A DNA stretch of 64,000 nt from the NCBI GenBank assembly GCA_963785725.1, contig CAWAWS010000035.1:1-64000 (forward strand), read 5' to 3'. The stretch comes from an uncultured delta proteobacterium. Its GTDB lineage: Bacteria; Myxococcota_A; Polyangia; Palsa-1104. Positions 49,390 through 62,446 of this stretch are shown here, piece after piece. The first letter of the stretch is position 1. The number at the start of each line of letters is the position of its first letter. The notes under the pieces were generated by a model. It was not told where the DNA came from, did no database searches, and saw only the letters and a program-made list of their open reading frames with translations. The position numbers were made by a program, and so were the translations under genes.

Positions 49390-50922
49390 TTAACGAAGCG
49401 AGGACGTCGGCGTCGAGCCGGCCGGCGACGCCGACAGCAGCGACTTGCGGATGCGCTCGACCGACGCGCGCGCCGCCGACAGATCGGAGTCGTCGAGCGG
49501 CACCGAGTTCCACGCGCGCAGCGCCGACGCGCTGCCGTTCGTCGCCAGCGCCGACGCCACGCCGCGATCGAAGCGCTGCGCGACCTCCTCGGCGTGACGC
49601 GAGAGCGCGCGACGATAGGCGGCCAACGCCGCGCCATATTGCCGCAGCCGCTCGGCGCTGGGCGTGGCCGCGCTCGAACGCTCGAAGGGATCGACGATGT
49701 CGTCGCCCGCGCCGGCGTGAAACGGATCCTTCAAGTCGTGCAAGTTGGTGCGCGTAAACGGATCCATCAGCCGCAGATCGTCGTCGCTCGGCGGCAGCAC
49801 CGCGTCGCGCTTGAGCTCGCGGTCGAGCTTCTCGCGCGCCGCCGCGTCGTCGCTCGTCGCCTTGTCTTCCAGCTTGCCGCTCGACGAGTGCACCGGCGCC
49901 GGCGCTTGCATCGCCTCCAGCGCCTGCAGCTCGGCGCGCGCTTTTTCGACCCACTTCTGCTCGTCCGGCCGCCGCTCCATGCCGACGTATTTCTGGAACG
50001 CGCCGATGGCGCTCGACGTATCGCCGAGCGCCTTCAACGTCTGCCCGAGCCCGTAATACGGATCGGGATCGTCGGGCTTGAGCTTGATGTACTGCCGATA
50101 TGCGTCGGCCGAGTCGCGCCAACGCTCGGCCTTGCGCAGCGCGTGCGCCTGGTTGTACCAGCCGAGCGCGTAGCTCGGGTCGCGCTGCGTCGCCGCCGCG
50201 AACGCCTGCGCCGCGTCGCTGTACTGCTTGAGCGCGAAGTAGGTGTTGCCCAAATCGTTACAGAGATCGAGGTTCCCCGGATCGGCTGCGATGGCGCGCT
50301 TGTAGGCTGGCACGGCTTCGGCCCACTTGTTCTGCGCGCGCAGCTCGTCGGCTTTGGCGCGCAAGGCCGCCGCGTCGTTGCCGCCGCCCGCCGCCGGCAC
50401 GTGATCGTTCGTCACCGTCGTCGGCGCCGCCGCCGCCGTGTCCGACGTGCCCGACAGCTTCGACAGCTCGGCCCAGGCCTCGTCCACGAAGCGCTGCTTG
50501 GCCGGCGCTTTCTCGATGGCGACGTACTTCTGATAGGCCGCGACCGCGCCTTTGCTGTCGCCGAGCCCTTGCAGCGCCGCGCCCAGCCCGAAGTAGGTGT
50601 CCGAGCGCGACGGATTGAGCGCGATGTAACGGCGATAATAGTCGGCCGCGTCCGCCCACTCCTTCTTCGCGCGATAGGCATAGGCCAGCTTGTAATAGCC
50701 CTCGGGATAATCGGGCACGCGGGCGACGGTGATCTTCAGCCGGCGAATGGCGTCGTCGTAGCGCTTCTGCTTGAGGGCGGCGGCGGCGAACGCGTCGCAA
50801 GCCTTCATGTCGTCGGGATGCGCCTCGGCGACGCGCCCGAGATCATCGAGCTCATCGGCGAGCGCGGGCGCCGCGACCGAGGTGAACAGAGCGAACGCGA
50901 GCGATGGTGCGAGAACGCGCAT
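49390..50922 (-). CDS. Secreted tetratricopeptide-repeat protein
   Basis: Signal peptide and two TPR blocks. Confidence 0.85.
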   Translation of the reverse strand: MRVLAPSLAFALFTSVAAPALADELDDLGRVAEAHPDDMKACDAFAAAALKQKRYDDAIRRLKITVARVPDYPEGYYKLAYAYRAKKEWADAADYYRRYIALNPSRSDTYFGLGAALQGLGDSKGAVAAYQKYVAIEKAPAKQRFVDEAWAELSKLSGTSDTAAAAPTTVTNDHVPAAGGGNDAAALRAKADELRAQNKWAEAVPAYKRAIAADPGNLDLCNDLGNTYFALKQYSDAAQAFAAATQRDPSYALGWYNQAHALRKAERWRDSADAYRQYIKLKPDDPDPYYGLGQTLKALGDTSSAIGAFQKYVGMERRPDEQKWVEKARAELQALEAMQAPAPVHSSSGKLEDKATSDDAAAREKLDRELKRDAVLPPSDDDLRLMDPFTRTNLHDLKDPFHAGAGDDIVDPFERSSAATPSAERLRQYGAALAAYRRALSRHAEEVAQRFDRGVASALATNGSASALRAWNSVPLDDSDLSAARASVERIRKSLLSASPAGSTPTSSLR

Positions 50923-51004
50923 GAAAAGACTGTATCACCGGCCGCAAAGCCGCGACAGGGACGCCGATCACGACGTCAGACGCAAATGTAGGATTCGAGT
51001 CGGG

Positions 51005-52177
51005 TTACAGGCGTTCGAGGATGGTGCAGGTGGCCTGGCCGAAGCCGATGCACATCGTCTGCAGGCCATATTTGACGTCGCGCTTCTCCATCTCGTTGAG
51101 CAGCGTCGTCATGAGCCGCGCGCCCGACGCGCCCAGCGGATGGCCGAGCGCGATGGCGCCGCCGTTGACGTTGACGTTGTCGAGCTTCCAGCCGAGCTCC
51201 TTCGACCACGCCAGCACCACCGACGCGAACGCCTCGTTGATCTCGACGAGCCCGATGTCCGACGGCTTCAAATTGGCCTTCGCCAACGCCTTTTGCGTCG
51301 CCGGGATCACGCCGTGCAGCATCATCGTCGGGTCGACGCCGGCCACCGTCATCATCTTCACCCGCGCCCGCGGCTTCAGCCCGAGCTGCTTGGCCTTCTC
51401 GCTCGACGTCACCAAGAGCGCCGCCGCGCCGTCCGAAATCTGCGACGCCGTGCCGGCCGTCACCACGCCGTCCGGCTTGACGACGCCTTTGAGCCCCGCC
51501 AGCTTCTCCAGCGTCGTGTCGGGACGAATGCCCTCGTCCTGGTCGAACACGTGCTCCGAGCCGTCGGCCGCCTTGACCGTCAGCGGCGCGATCTCATCGC
51601 GAAAGCGGCCCTGCTCGCGCGCCTTGGCCGCTCGCGTGTGGCTCTCGAGCGCCAGCTCCTCACACTGCAGCCGCGAAATCCCCCACTTCTCCGCGATCAT
51701 CTCCGCCGATTGATGCTGCGGCACGAAGGTGAACTTGTCGTTGAACATGGGCGAAAACGGGAACGTCGGCGCCACGCCGGGCACGCCCATCGCGCCGTCC
51801 GAGCCCATCGGAATGCGCGTCATCGACTCGACGCCACAGGCGACGACCGCGTCCATCATGCCCGTCATGACCGCCTGCGCGGCGAAGTGGAACGCCTGCT
51901 GCGAGCTGCCACACTGCCGATTCACCGTCGTGCCGGTGACTTCGATCGGATAGCCGGCCATGAGCGCGGCCGTGCGCGCGACGTTGAAGCCCTGCTCGCC
52001 GATCTGCGTGACACAGCCGGCGATGACGTCGTCGATCTCTTTCGGATCGACCTTCACCCGCGCCGCCAGCGACTGCAGGATGAGCGCGAGCAGATCGTCG
52101 GCGCGCGTGTTGGCCAGCGCGCCCTTCTTCTTGCCGATGGCGGAACGTACGGCAGCGACGATGACGGCATCAGACAT
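51005..52177 (-). CDS. Thiolase (acetyl-CoA C-acyltransferase)
   Basis: VNRQCGSS, NEAF, GGAIALGHPLGASG, TMCIG. Confidence 0.95.
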   Translation of the reverse strand: MSDAVIVAAVRSAIGKKKGALANTRADDLLALILQSLAARVKVDPKEIDDVIAGCVTQIGEQGFNVARTAALMAGYPIEVTGTTVNRQCGSSQQAFHFAAQAVMTGMMDAVVACGVESMTRIPMGSDGAMGVPGVAPTFPFSPMFNDKFTFVPQHQSAEMIAEKWGISRLQCEELALESHTRAAKAREQGRFRDEIAPLTVKAADGSEHVFDQDEGIRPDTTLEKLAGLKGVVKPDGVVTAGTASQISDGAAALLVTSSEKAKQLGLKPRARVKMMTVAGVDPTMMLHGVIPATQKALAKANLKPSDIGLVEINEAFASVVLAWSKELGWKLDNVNVNGGAIALGHPLGASGARLMTTLLNEMEKRDVKYGLQTMCIGFGQATCTILERL

Positions 52178-52213
52178 GACGAGCTCCTGGGTTCGAAGGA
52201 AATGGACCCGTCG

Positions 52214-52242
52214 ACTGTACTGACTGAGCGGTCATTCGTCAA
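52214..52242 (-). promoter_or_regulatory. sigma70 promoter of the thiolase gene with a palindromic operator in the spacer
   Basis: TTGACG-N17-TACAGT; the spacer contains TGAC-N6-GTCA. Confidence 0.65.
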
Positions 52243-52345
52243 CGCGACCCGCGCCAAACCCGTGTGTGACTGAGTTCTCCGACGCCAAAAACGACGCTGT
52301 GACGAAAGTTGTATCCAATGAAGGAAAATGTACTACAATGTAGGC

Positions 52346-52432
52346 ATGATCTTCGTCTTCGGTAACGTCGCCCTGCTCTTCGTCACCGTCGGTCTCTTCG
52401 TCGCCACCGTGTCGATTAAAAAGCCGCACTGA
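52346..52432 (+). CDS. Candidate 28-aa single-TM small protein
   Basis: MIFVFGNVALLFVTVGLFVATVSIKKPH; C-ending codons; TACAAT 6 nt upstream; alternative in-frame ATG at 52328. Confidence 0.45.
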   Translation: MIFVFGNVALLFVTVGLFVATVSIKKPH

Positions 52433-52486
52433 ACTAATTGCGTTGTGCGCTCCTACCGTTAGGCATAAAAAGGGGCGAGGACGACG

Positions 52487-53635
52487 GTGGCCAGCGACGA
52501 TCACGCAGTGCGGCAAGCGGCCGCGTCCAACGGGCGCGCCAACTTGTCACGCGTCGACCACGCCACGCTCGGCGACGTCGAGGCCATGCGCCTCTTGTTA
52601 CGTGGCGCGTCGGTCATCGACTGGCACACGCTGTCGTTTCATGACGGCGCCGAGGTCGATCGTTTTCTCCGGCTGAACGAGTTCGATCCCGAAAACGCCG
52701 AGGACAACGATCGGCTCGAAGAGCTGCGCGCCGACGCCGTCGAGTACCTGACGCGCAACTTCAGCTACCACATCCCCGACGACGTTGCGCATGCGATGCC
52801 GGCGCGCGAGCTATTCCTGTTGGCGTCGTCGCGCGGCAAAAAGCAGGTCTACGCCTGCATCGTCTTGAAGGTGATGCACGTCATGCATCACTTGGCCGGC
52901 CGCGAGTTGCTCTTCAAGCTGCCGGTCTCCGACGACGAAGTGTTCGGCTTCGTCGAGAGCAAGGTCGTCAAGGTGGTCGAGCAGATTCGCGCCGCCGGCT
53001 ATCCGATCGTCGAGTTCGCCTGGAGCCGCAAAGAGCGCGACTCGGTGGTGACGAAGCTGCTGGCGAAGAAGGCGACCATCGCCGCCGACGTCTTCGACAA
53101 GCTGCGCTTTCGCCTCATCACGCGCACGCTCGAGGACTTGCCGGCGGTGCTGCACGAGCTCTTGCATCGGCTGGTGCCGTTCAACTACGTCATTCCGGGC
53201 CAGACCGTGAACGGGATCCTGCCGTTTCGGAAGCTGCTCGAGGTCATGCCGCCGTACGCGCGCTACTCCGACCAGCTGCAGCTCGATCTCGACACCGAAG
53301 AGGTCGAAGCCAGCGGATCGAACGAGTTCTCGGGGCCGACGTATCGCGTGATCAACTTCGTCGCCGACTTGCCGGTGCGGATCGATCAGTTCTTGAATCG
53401 GCTGCCCGACGGCGACAACGAGCTGGGCACGACGATCTTCGTGCTCACCGAATTCCAGGTCATGGACGCGGACACGGCGCGGCAGAACGAAGCCGGCGAC
53501 AACTCGCACGCGAACTACAAGGCGCGCCAGCACGATCGCGTCCGCCTGCGCCTGCGCCAAGGCGAAAAAGGCCTGCGCGAAGCCGCGCTCTCGACGCCGC
53601 CCGCCAACGCCTCCGAAGACGACGACGAAGACTAA
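52487..53635 (+). CDS. TIGR04552-like family protein
   Basis: LLLRGASVIDW, ILKVMH-like CIVLKVMH, SRKERDSVVTKLLAK, FDKLRFRLI, FNYVIPGQTVN, NEFSG, EFQ. Confidence 0.75.
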   Translation: MASDDHAVRQAAASNGRANLSRVDHATLGDVEAMRLLLRGASVIDWHTLSFHDGAEVDRFLRLNEFDPENAEDNDRLEELRADAVEYLTRNFSYHIPDDVAHAMPARELFLLASSRGKKQVYACIVLKVMHVMHHLAGRELLFKLPVSDDEVFGFVESKVVKVVEQIRAAGYPIVEFAWSRKERDSVVTKLLAKKATIAADVFDKLRFRLITRTLEDLPAVLHELLHRLVPFNYVIPGQTVNGILPFRKLLEVMPPYARYSDQLQLDLDTEEVEASGSNEFSGPTYRVINFVADLPVRIDQFLNRLPDGDNELGTTIFVLTEFQVMDADTARQNEAGDNSHANYKARQHDRVRLRLRQGEKGLREAALSTPPANASEDDDED

Positions 53636-53669
53636 CCAACCCGCCGTCAATCGCTTCAGGTGAGCCTAT

Positions 53670-53841
53670 GGGCCGCGCAGTAGGTTTCAGGCGTGACCGC
53701 CGGTAGTCGCGCCTAAAACCGTAGCGAGCAGGCCCAAGCGCAAGGCGGAGCGAGCACCGGAGCGCAGCAGCCTCTTGGCTGTGAGCACCGGAGCGCAGCG
53801 ACAACGCGGCGCTTGGGACGCGCAGTAGGTTTTAGGCGTGA

Positions 53842-53845
<4 letters not shown>
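53670..53845. mobile_element. REP/MITE-like composite repeat
   Basis: Three copies of GGTTT(T/C)AGGCG(T/C)GAC in mixed orientation, and GAGCACCGGAGCGCAGC twice around a hairpin. Confidence 0.65.
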
Positions 53846-56478
<2,633 letters not shown>

Positions 56479-56643
56479 CGGGCTGCGCGCTCCTGCTCAC
56501 GCGTGTGAGCAGCACATCGTATCGCCGCGCCGGACGTGGTCCAAGCGAAATCGTGGCTCACGAGCCCCAATTGGCCGACTGCTAAACGTCACTTCAGTGC
56601 ATGAATGAGCTAGTTGGGGGCGCTTGCCCATGGCTCGCGAGCC

Positions 56644-57414
56644 TCAGAAGTAGAGGCGCGCTTCGGCGTCCTGCTCGCGATGGCGACGCTGGCCGCCGAC
56701 GACGAACGCGTCGATGATTCCGTAAGCGGTGACGGCGAGGAGCGCGGTGAAGCAGGTGATGTTGATGCCGCGTGCGCTCGTGTACAGCGCTTCGTGGCCG
56801 GCGAAGGTGTGATCGTGGCCTTCGAAGTGCGTCAGCAAGCTGTAGGTGACGATGGTGCCGCCGAGCAGCGCGAGCTCGAGGCCGCCGAGCACGAAGCCTT
56901 TGACGCGCTGATGATTCTGGAACTGCCCCACCGTCGGCAATAGGTCGAGCCCCCAGTTGTAGCGCGGCACGGTCCGACGATAGACGGCGAGCAGCTCTTC
57001 GCGATGGCGCAGCCGCACTTCGTCGAAGAAGGCGACGGCTTCGGGGCGGACGAGGCGCGGATCGAGGCGCGTTTGCGGCTCTTCGCGCATGAGCAAGAGG
57101 AACGCGCCCTCAGCCGCCGTCTTGCGATCGGTCAGCGTGCAGGCAATGCCGTAGACGCGTAAGGCTTCGATGCGATCGACTTGCAGCGGCAGCTCGCGCG
57201 CGCCGTTCTCGACGATGGGCCGCAGCCGATTGACGACCGCTTCGTAGTCGCCGAAGTCGAAGCGCTCGAGCGCGTCGGCGATGGGCGACTCGGCGTGCGA
57301 CAGCTGCGCCGGCTCGGGCGCGATCGTCACGCCCGGCGGCGGCGCGTCGGCGTGCGCGCTGGTCGTCGCCGCCGTGAGCGCGAACACGATGATGCAGCAG
57401 CGATTAGCGGACAT
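56644..57414 (-). CDS. Hypothetical secreted TPR-like protein with C-terminal hydrophobic segments
   Basis: Signal peptide, helical region, GQFQN...YGIIDAF. Confidence 0.65.
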   Translation of the reverse strand: MSANRCCIIVFALTAATTSAHADAPPPGVTIAPEPAQLSHAESPIADALERFDFGDYEAVVNRLRPIVENGARELPLQVDRIEALRVYGIACTLTDRKTAAEGAFLLLMREEPQTRLDPRLVRPEAVAFFDEVRLRHREELLAVYRRTVPRYNWGLDLLPTVGQFQNHQRVKGFVLGGLELALLGGTIVTYSLLTHFEGHDHTFAGHEALYTSARGINITCFTALLAVTAYGIIDAFVVGGQRRHREQDAEARLYF

Positions 57415-58658
57415 CGGACAGCGCTCCCACGAGCTCGGGCACGAGCGCTTCCAGCTCCGCCGTCACCGCCGCGTAGAGCGGATCGCCAGTGCGGCGGATG
57501 GCTTGGTTCGGCTGCGCTTCGACGATGCGGCGCATGACCGGGCGACCGTCGCGAACGACGATGACCTCGAGGCGGCAGCGCACCGACGGGCCGGGCATGT
57601 AGTCGACGTTGTCGAGGCGCGCCATGACGACGGCGCGGGCGCCGGCGCGGTAGCCTTCGTCGGCGGCGACGGCGGCCGACGTGATGCCGACGCCCGTCGG
57701 CACGACCGTCAGCCGCAGGCGGCGCTGCAGGAACGCGAACAGCGCTTGCGTCGCCATCGCGCCCGAGCCGGGATAGGCCGACTGCGGATCGGCGACGGCG
57801 TGCGCGACGACGCGACCGCGCACGAAGCCGGCGAAATAGGGCGAGGGCGCGGCCGCACGCGCGGGAACGGCGGCCGCACGCGCGGGAACGGCGGCCGGCG
57901 CCGGCGTGTCGACGCGCGGCGGCGCCCAATCGGGCTCGCGAATCTCGCTGCGCGGCGCCTCGGCAGCGCGCGCCGCTTCCGGCTTGGCCGCTTCGGCGAC
58001 GGCGACCTTGGCTTCGGTCGGCGCCTCCGTCGGCGCCTTGGTCGGCGCTTTGGTCTCGAGGCGCGCGGCTTCCGGCTTGGCTTCCGCTTTCCCGTCGACC
58101 TTGGCGTCTTTGGTGTCCTTTGTGTCTTTCGCGTCTTTCGATTCTTTGGATTCGGGCGTCGCAGCGGCCACCGCCGGCGGAACGATGTGCGGCTGTGACG
58201 GCGGCGGCGCGGCGACGACGCGGCTCGCCGACGACGGCGACGACGGCGGCACCGCGGCGGCGCGACGCGCGGCATCGTGGGCGCGCTTTTCGGCCGCGCT
58301 CTGCGCCGCCGGATCGTTCTCGAGGAGGAGCGGCGCGATTCTGATTCGCCAGCTGCGTCGCCACGGCGTCCATCGCTTCCAGCGGGCCCTCGGCGGTCAG
58401 CGTTCGGCCGCGCAGGGTCGCCGCCAGTCGCACGCGGTCGCGCGCCAAAAGCTCGACGCGACCGGTGATCGTGGCCTCGGCGCCGGCACCGGTCTCGACG
58501 CCGGCGCCTTCGAGCGCGGCGGCGACGGCGCGTGCGACCTCGGGCCCGAAGTAGCCGAGCGACTCGTCATGCACGCTGAAGGGGGCGACCTGCACGCGCG
58601 GCCGCGCCCACACCGTCGCCGAGCCGGCCAAGACGAGCGTGACGACGAGCGCGCGCAC
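57404..58658 (-). CDS. Hypothetical secreted protein with Pro/Ala/Lys-rich linker (+1 frameshift near 58340)
   Basis: Signal peptide VRALVVTLVLAG; the frame joins ORF 57404-58252. Confidence 0.6.
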
Positions 58659-58714
58659 CAGCAGATTTGGGCGCGCAAACCGCCACGAGTCAAGGCCGAG
58701 CCCGCGTGCTCGCC

Positions 58715-58792
58715 CATCGGCGCATCGAACGGCGAGCCCGCGCGCATCGGCGCATTGAACGGGCGTCACTCGGGGCTGGCACACACATTGGA
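58715..58792 (+). promoter_or_regulatory. Direct repeats plus a sigma54-like promoter
   Basis: CATCGGCGCAT(C/T)GAACGG twice, 30 bp apart, then TGGCACACACATTGGA (-12 is GG, not GC). Confidence 0.4.
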
Positions 58793-58817
58793 GTGTCGAA
58801 CAGCGGAGGCACAGCTC

Positions 58818-59408
58818 ATGCGCGTGACGATGGTTGCGTTGACGGCCTGCTCGCTGCTCGGCCTGTTCGCGGCGCCGGCTCATGCGGGGATTCCTCTCGG
58901 CGGTTTGGAGCGCGACGCGCCGCCGCCTCCGGTCGAGCTGGCGCAGGCTTCGGTGACGAGCCCGGGTGTCGGCGTTCCGACCAGCATCACGCCGGGAACG
59001 ACGGCGCCAAACATCGCGTCCGGCTCGACGGCGGTCGGGGTGACGACGCCGAGCACGTCGCTCGCCTCGCCCGCGCCCACCGCCGCCGGCGCGCCGCTGA
59101 CGGCGGGCGCGATCAACGAGGCGAACGCCGGACAGCAGGCGTTGCCGTCGAGCGCGCTGCCGGAGACGACCGAGCCGGTGCCGCCGACGCCGAGCAGCAT
59201 CGCGCCGCAGCCGGTGCCGGTCTCGGGCGGCATCACGCCGCAGTCGTCGGCGCCGACGGTGGGCGGGCTGTTCAATCAGTTCAACGGGCTGGCGCCGGAT
59301 CAGAACAACCCCGGCAACTTCAACCCTGCGCCGACCTATCAGCCGCCGGCGACGCCGAGCCCCCACGTCGACACCAATCCCGACGTGCCCGGCTGGGACC
59401 ATCCGTGA
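58818..59408 (+). CDS. Secreted Pro/Thr/Ser-rich protein
   Basis: GGAGG SD; signal peptide ending AHA. Confidence 0.7.
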   Translation: MRVTMVALTACSLLGLFAAPAHAGIPLGGLERDAPPPPVELAQASVTSPGVGVPTSITPGTTAPNIASGSTAVGVTTPSTSLASPAPTAAGAPLTAGAINEANAGQQALPSSALPETTEPVPPTPSSIAPQPVPVSGGITPQSSAPTVGGLFNQFNGLAPDQNNPGNFNPAPTYQPPATPSPHVDTNPDVPGWDHP

Positions 59409-59418
59409 GCGCGCCACG

Positions 59419-61186
59419 TCAGTTGGCTCCGCCGTCCACGATCGTCCCGCCGTCGGCGGCGACGCGCTGGCCGGGATCGGGGAGATACAGCTTGTAGTTG
59501 CCGCTCGAGTCGCTGACGGCGGTCTTGAGGATGGTCGGCGTGGCGCAATCCCAGCACATCGCCTCCACCAGCGTCGCCGGGACGGGCGCGTTGTTCGATG
59601 CATAGACGACGCCCGCGATCTGCAAGCCGGGGCCGAGCGTGATGTCGGCGTTGCTCACGCCGGCGGCGACGAACACCGTGGCGTCGCTGAGCTTGGCGGC
59701 GGCGAGCGGCTCGACGCGCACGCTCGAGGCGGTGCCGGCGCCGACGTTGATCGTGTAGACGCCTTGGCCGTCGGTGGTCGCGGCCGGCGCGGCGCCGAGG
59801 CCGGACAGCGCCGTCGCCGTGACGCGGGCACCGACCACGGGCTGGCCGGCCAGATCCGTGACTGTGCCCGACAGCGCAACGGGCGGCTTCAGCGTCAAGC
59901 TCCAGGTGCCGGGCGCGGTCGTCTGAAAGGTCGTCAGCCCGTCAGTCGAGCCGGCCGGCGGCTCGACGGTCACGACGTACGCGCCGGCGGGCAGCTGCAG
60001 CGCCGGCAAGGCCGCGAGCGCGTCGCTGATGACGACGGTGCTGACGCGACCGCTGGCGACGAGCGTGCTGCCGCCGATGGTGACGTTGGCGGCCTGCGCG
60101 ATGGCGTCGGCCGATTCGATGGTGACGCGGGCGCCGGCGACCGCGCCGCCGCTGCTGCCGACGACCGTGCCGCTGACGGCGACGCGCGGAACGCTGTAAG
60201 CGATGGCGATGCTGAGACCGGCGCTGGGAACGGTGACGTTGTCGAGGGTCAACGTGGGCCAGCCGTCGCTGGAGACGCCGAGCTGATACGGCGTCGCCAG
60301 CGCCTCGGCGCGCAAGCTGAAGCTGCCGTCGCTGGCGCTCTGGCCGAGGCCGCTCGGCAAGAGCCCGGCGCGCAAGACGACGCCGGCGCCGGCGATGGGG
60401 TTCGTGCCGTCGCTGACGCTGCCAGCTGATGGGCGCGCCGGCGGTGACGACGAAGCCCGCCATCGTCAAGTCGTAGCCGGGGCTTTCGTCGCCGAGATGC
60501 GGCGCCAGCGTCGGTGAATCGGGGATGAGCAGCGGCCGATAGAGATCGCTGGCGCTGACCGAGAGCGAGAAGATGCCGTTGCCGCCGGCGCGCGTATCGG
60601 CGTCGGGGACCTGCGTGCCGACGAAGCGGACTTCGCCCGACGTGGCGCCGAGCGGGCCGGTCAAGATGCCGCTCACCACCAGGCCGTCGACGAGGTCGAG
60701 CGAACGGTTGGCCAGCGGCGTGCCGCCGGTCAGAATCTCCATCGTGTCGGTGGGCGCGCTCTTGCCGCCCGACGGCGGCAGCGCGCGCAAGCGGTAGACC
60801 GCGGTGGCGCCCAGCGGATCGGTCACGTCGACCGACTGAAAGCTGGTGCACGCGCCGTTGGCGAACGTGAGCGTGAACGTGTACGTGCCGGGGCTGGTGG
60901 CGAGGACGGTGGCGATGCGGCCGGTCGCATCGACGGTCGCGGTCGGCGCCGCGCCGCCGGCCAGCGCCACCGTCCACTGCGGGTCGGGGAACGTCGCGAC
61001 CGTCGAGGCGGTCAGCGTCGCCGGCGGAAACGGCGACGACTGCACGAGCAACACCGGGCAGCCCGGCGGCGGGATCGAGGCCAGATCGCTGCCGCCGAAG
61101 CCGAAGTCGAACGGCGGCGCGGTATCGTCATCGCCGGCACAGCCCGCGACCGCGAGCAGGAAGATCAGCGCAGCTCGAGCGACCAT
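59419..61186 (-). CDS. Lipoprotein with carboxypeptidase-regulatory-like beta-sandwich repeats (+1 frameshift near 60424)
   Basis: VAGC lipobox, repeats SGTV...GARV...TDGQGVY. Confidence 0.7.
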
Positions 61187-62364
61187 GTCATCCACCGCAA
61201 GCAGCTATTGGGTTGTTGAGGCTCTTCCACGAGACACGAGGCCTCGAGGCATTGGTCGGTGTCGATGCTGCAGTTGGCGCGCGTGCCGGTGCGATCGACG
61301 ACCTCGACGCGCACCTGCACCGTCTCGCCGACGTCGAAGCCGCTGGTGTCGAGCGTGTAGGTCGGATCGTCGAGATCGACGGCGCGCCAGGTCGGATCGC
61401 TGGTGCGCCAGACGCTCCACACGAAGGTCAGCAGCGGGCTCGGGTAGGGGTCGAGATCGTCGATGACGCCGGTGATGGTGAACGTCTGCGGCACCGTGCG
61501 ATCGACGACGCGCAGGCCGGCGCCGGGGATCGTGCCCGCGATGCACGGCGGCTGATCGCTGATGACGGCGACGCCGGTCTGCTTCCCCGACACGACCGGC
61601 GGGTTGACGCCGTCGCTGACGCTGACGTCGAGCGCGTAATAGCCCGCCGTGTCGCTGGCAACGGCTGGATCGGTGTACAGGCAGATCTGCTCGGAGTCGG
61701 GGAGCGTGAGCGTCGGACCGGCGCCGGCGGGCGCGCCGGGACAGCCGCCGGCGACGAGCGGCCCGAGCAGCGGCTGCGCGCCGACCGGCGCCGTGACGAC
61801 GGCCCAGGTGTAGGTGAGCGTCTCGTCGACGAGGTGGCAGGTGGCATTCGCGGGCGGGATCGGATCGGCGTCGGCGTCGCTGGCTTTGCCGGCGAGCTGC
61901 ACGACGATCGGCTGTCCGGCCGTGTACGCGTTGCAGGCGTTCGGCAGCGAGTCGGCCTGCGGTCGCGCGCCCAGCGTAAAGACGGGCGCCGCGTCGACCA
62001 CGTCGATCGGCGTCGTCGTCGTCGCCACGGCGCCGAGCTCGTCGCTGCTCGTCGCCTCCACGAAATAGTGGCCGGGCGTGTAGATGAACAGCTGCGCGCC
62101 GGACATCGCTTGCACGACCGTGCCGGTGCAGTCGTCCTCGACCGGCTGCTGGTTGGCGTCCAGCAGTCGAATCTTCATCAGCTGACGCACCACATCGGCG
62201 TCATCTTGGTCATCCTCGACGATCACGTTGGCGCTGATGAGCTGGCCGCGATAACCCACCGTCGGCGACAGCTCGATCGTCATGCCGGGCGGGTCGTTGC
62301 GAGTGCCCGTGTACAGGCAGCCGCAGACGACGGCGAGCGGCAGGAGCGCCAGCAGGCGGAGCAT
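61165..62364 (-). CDS. Cys-containing beta-rich lipoprotein (PKD/cadherin-like segments)
   Basis: VCGC lipobox, DADAD, TYTW, VSDG, VRVEVVDR. Confidence 0.65.
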   Translation of the reverse strand: MLRLLALLPLAVVCGCLYTGTRNDPPGMTIELSPTVGYRGQLISANVIVEDDQDDADVVRQLMKIRLLDANQQPVEDDCTGTVVQAMSGAQLFIYTPGHYFVEATSSDELGAVATTTTPIDVVDAAPVFTLGARPQADSLPNACNAYTAGQPIVVQLAGKASDADADPIPPANATCHLVDETLTYTWAVVTAPVGAQPLLGPLVAGGCPGAPAGAGPTLTLPDSEQICLYTDPAVASDTAGYYALDVSVSDGVNPPVVSGKQTGVAVISDQPPCIAGTIPGAGLRVVDRTVPQTFTITGVIDDLDPYPSPLLTFVWSVWRTSDPTWRAVDLDDPTYTLDTSGFDVGETVQVRVEVVDRTGTRANCSIDTDQCLEASCLVEEPQQPNSCLRWMTWSLELR

Positions 62365-62377
62365 CTTCGCCCGCTCC

Positions 62378-62393
62378 AGCAAGACGTGCGCCA
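62378..62393 (-). promoter_or_regulatory. Putative sigma54 promoter
   Basis: Minus strand TGGCGCACGTCTTGCT, 15 nt before the ATG at 62364. Confidence 0.7.
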
Positions 62394-62446
62394 CGCCCAG
62401 GCTCAGGCGGGACATGGAGCACACACGCCAAATCGCGACATCGCTG

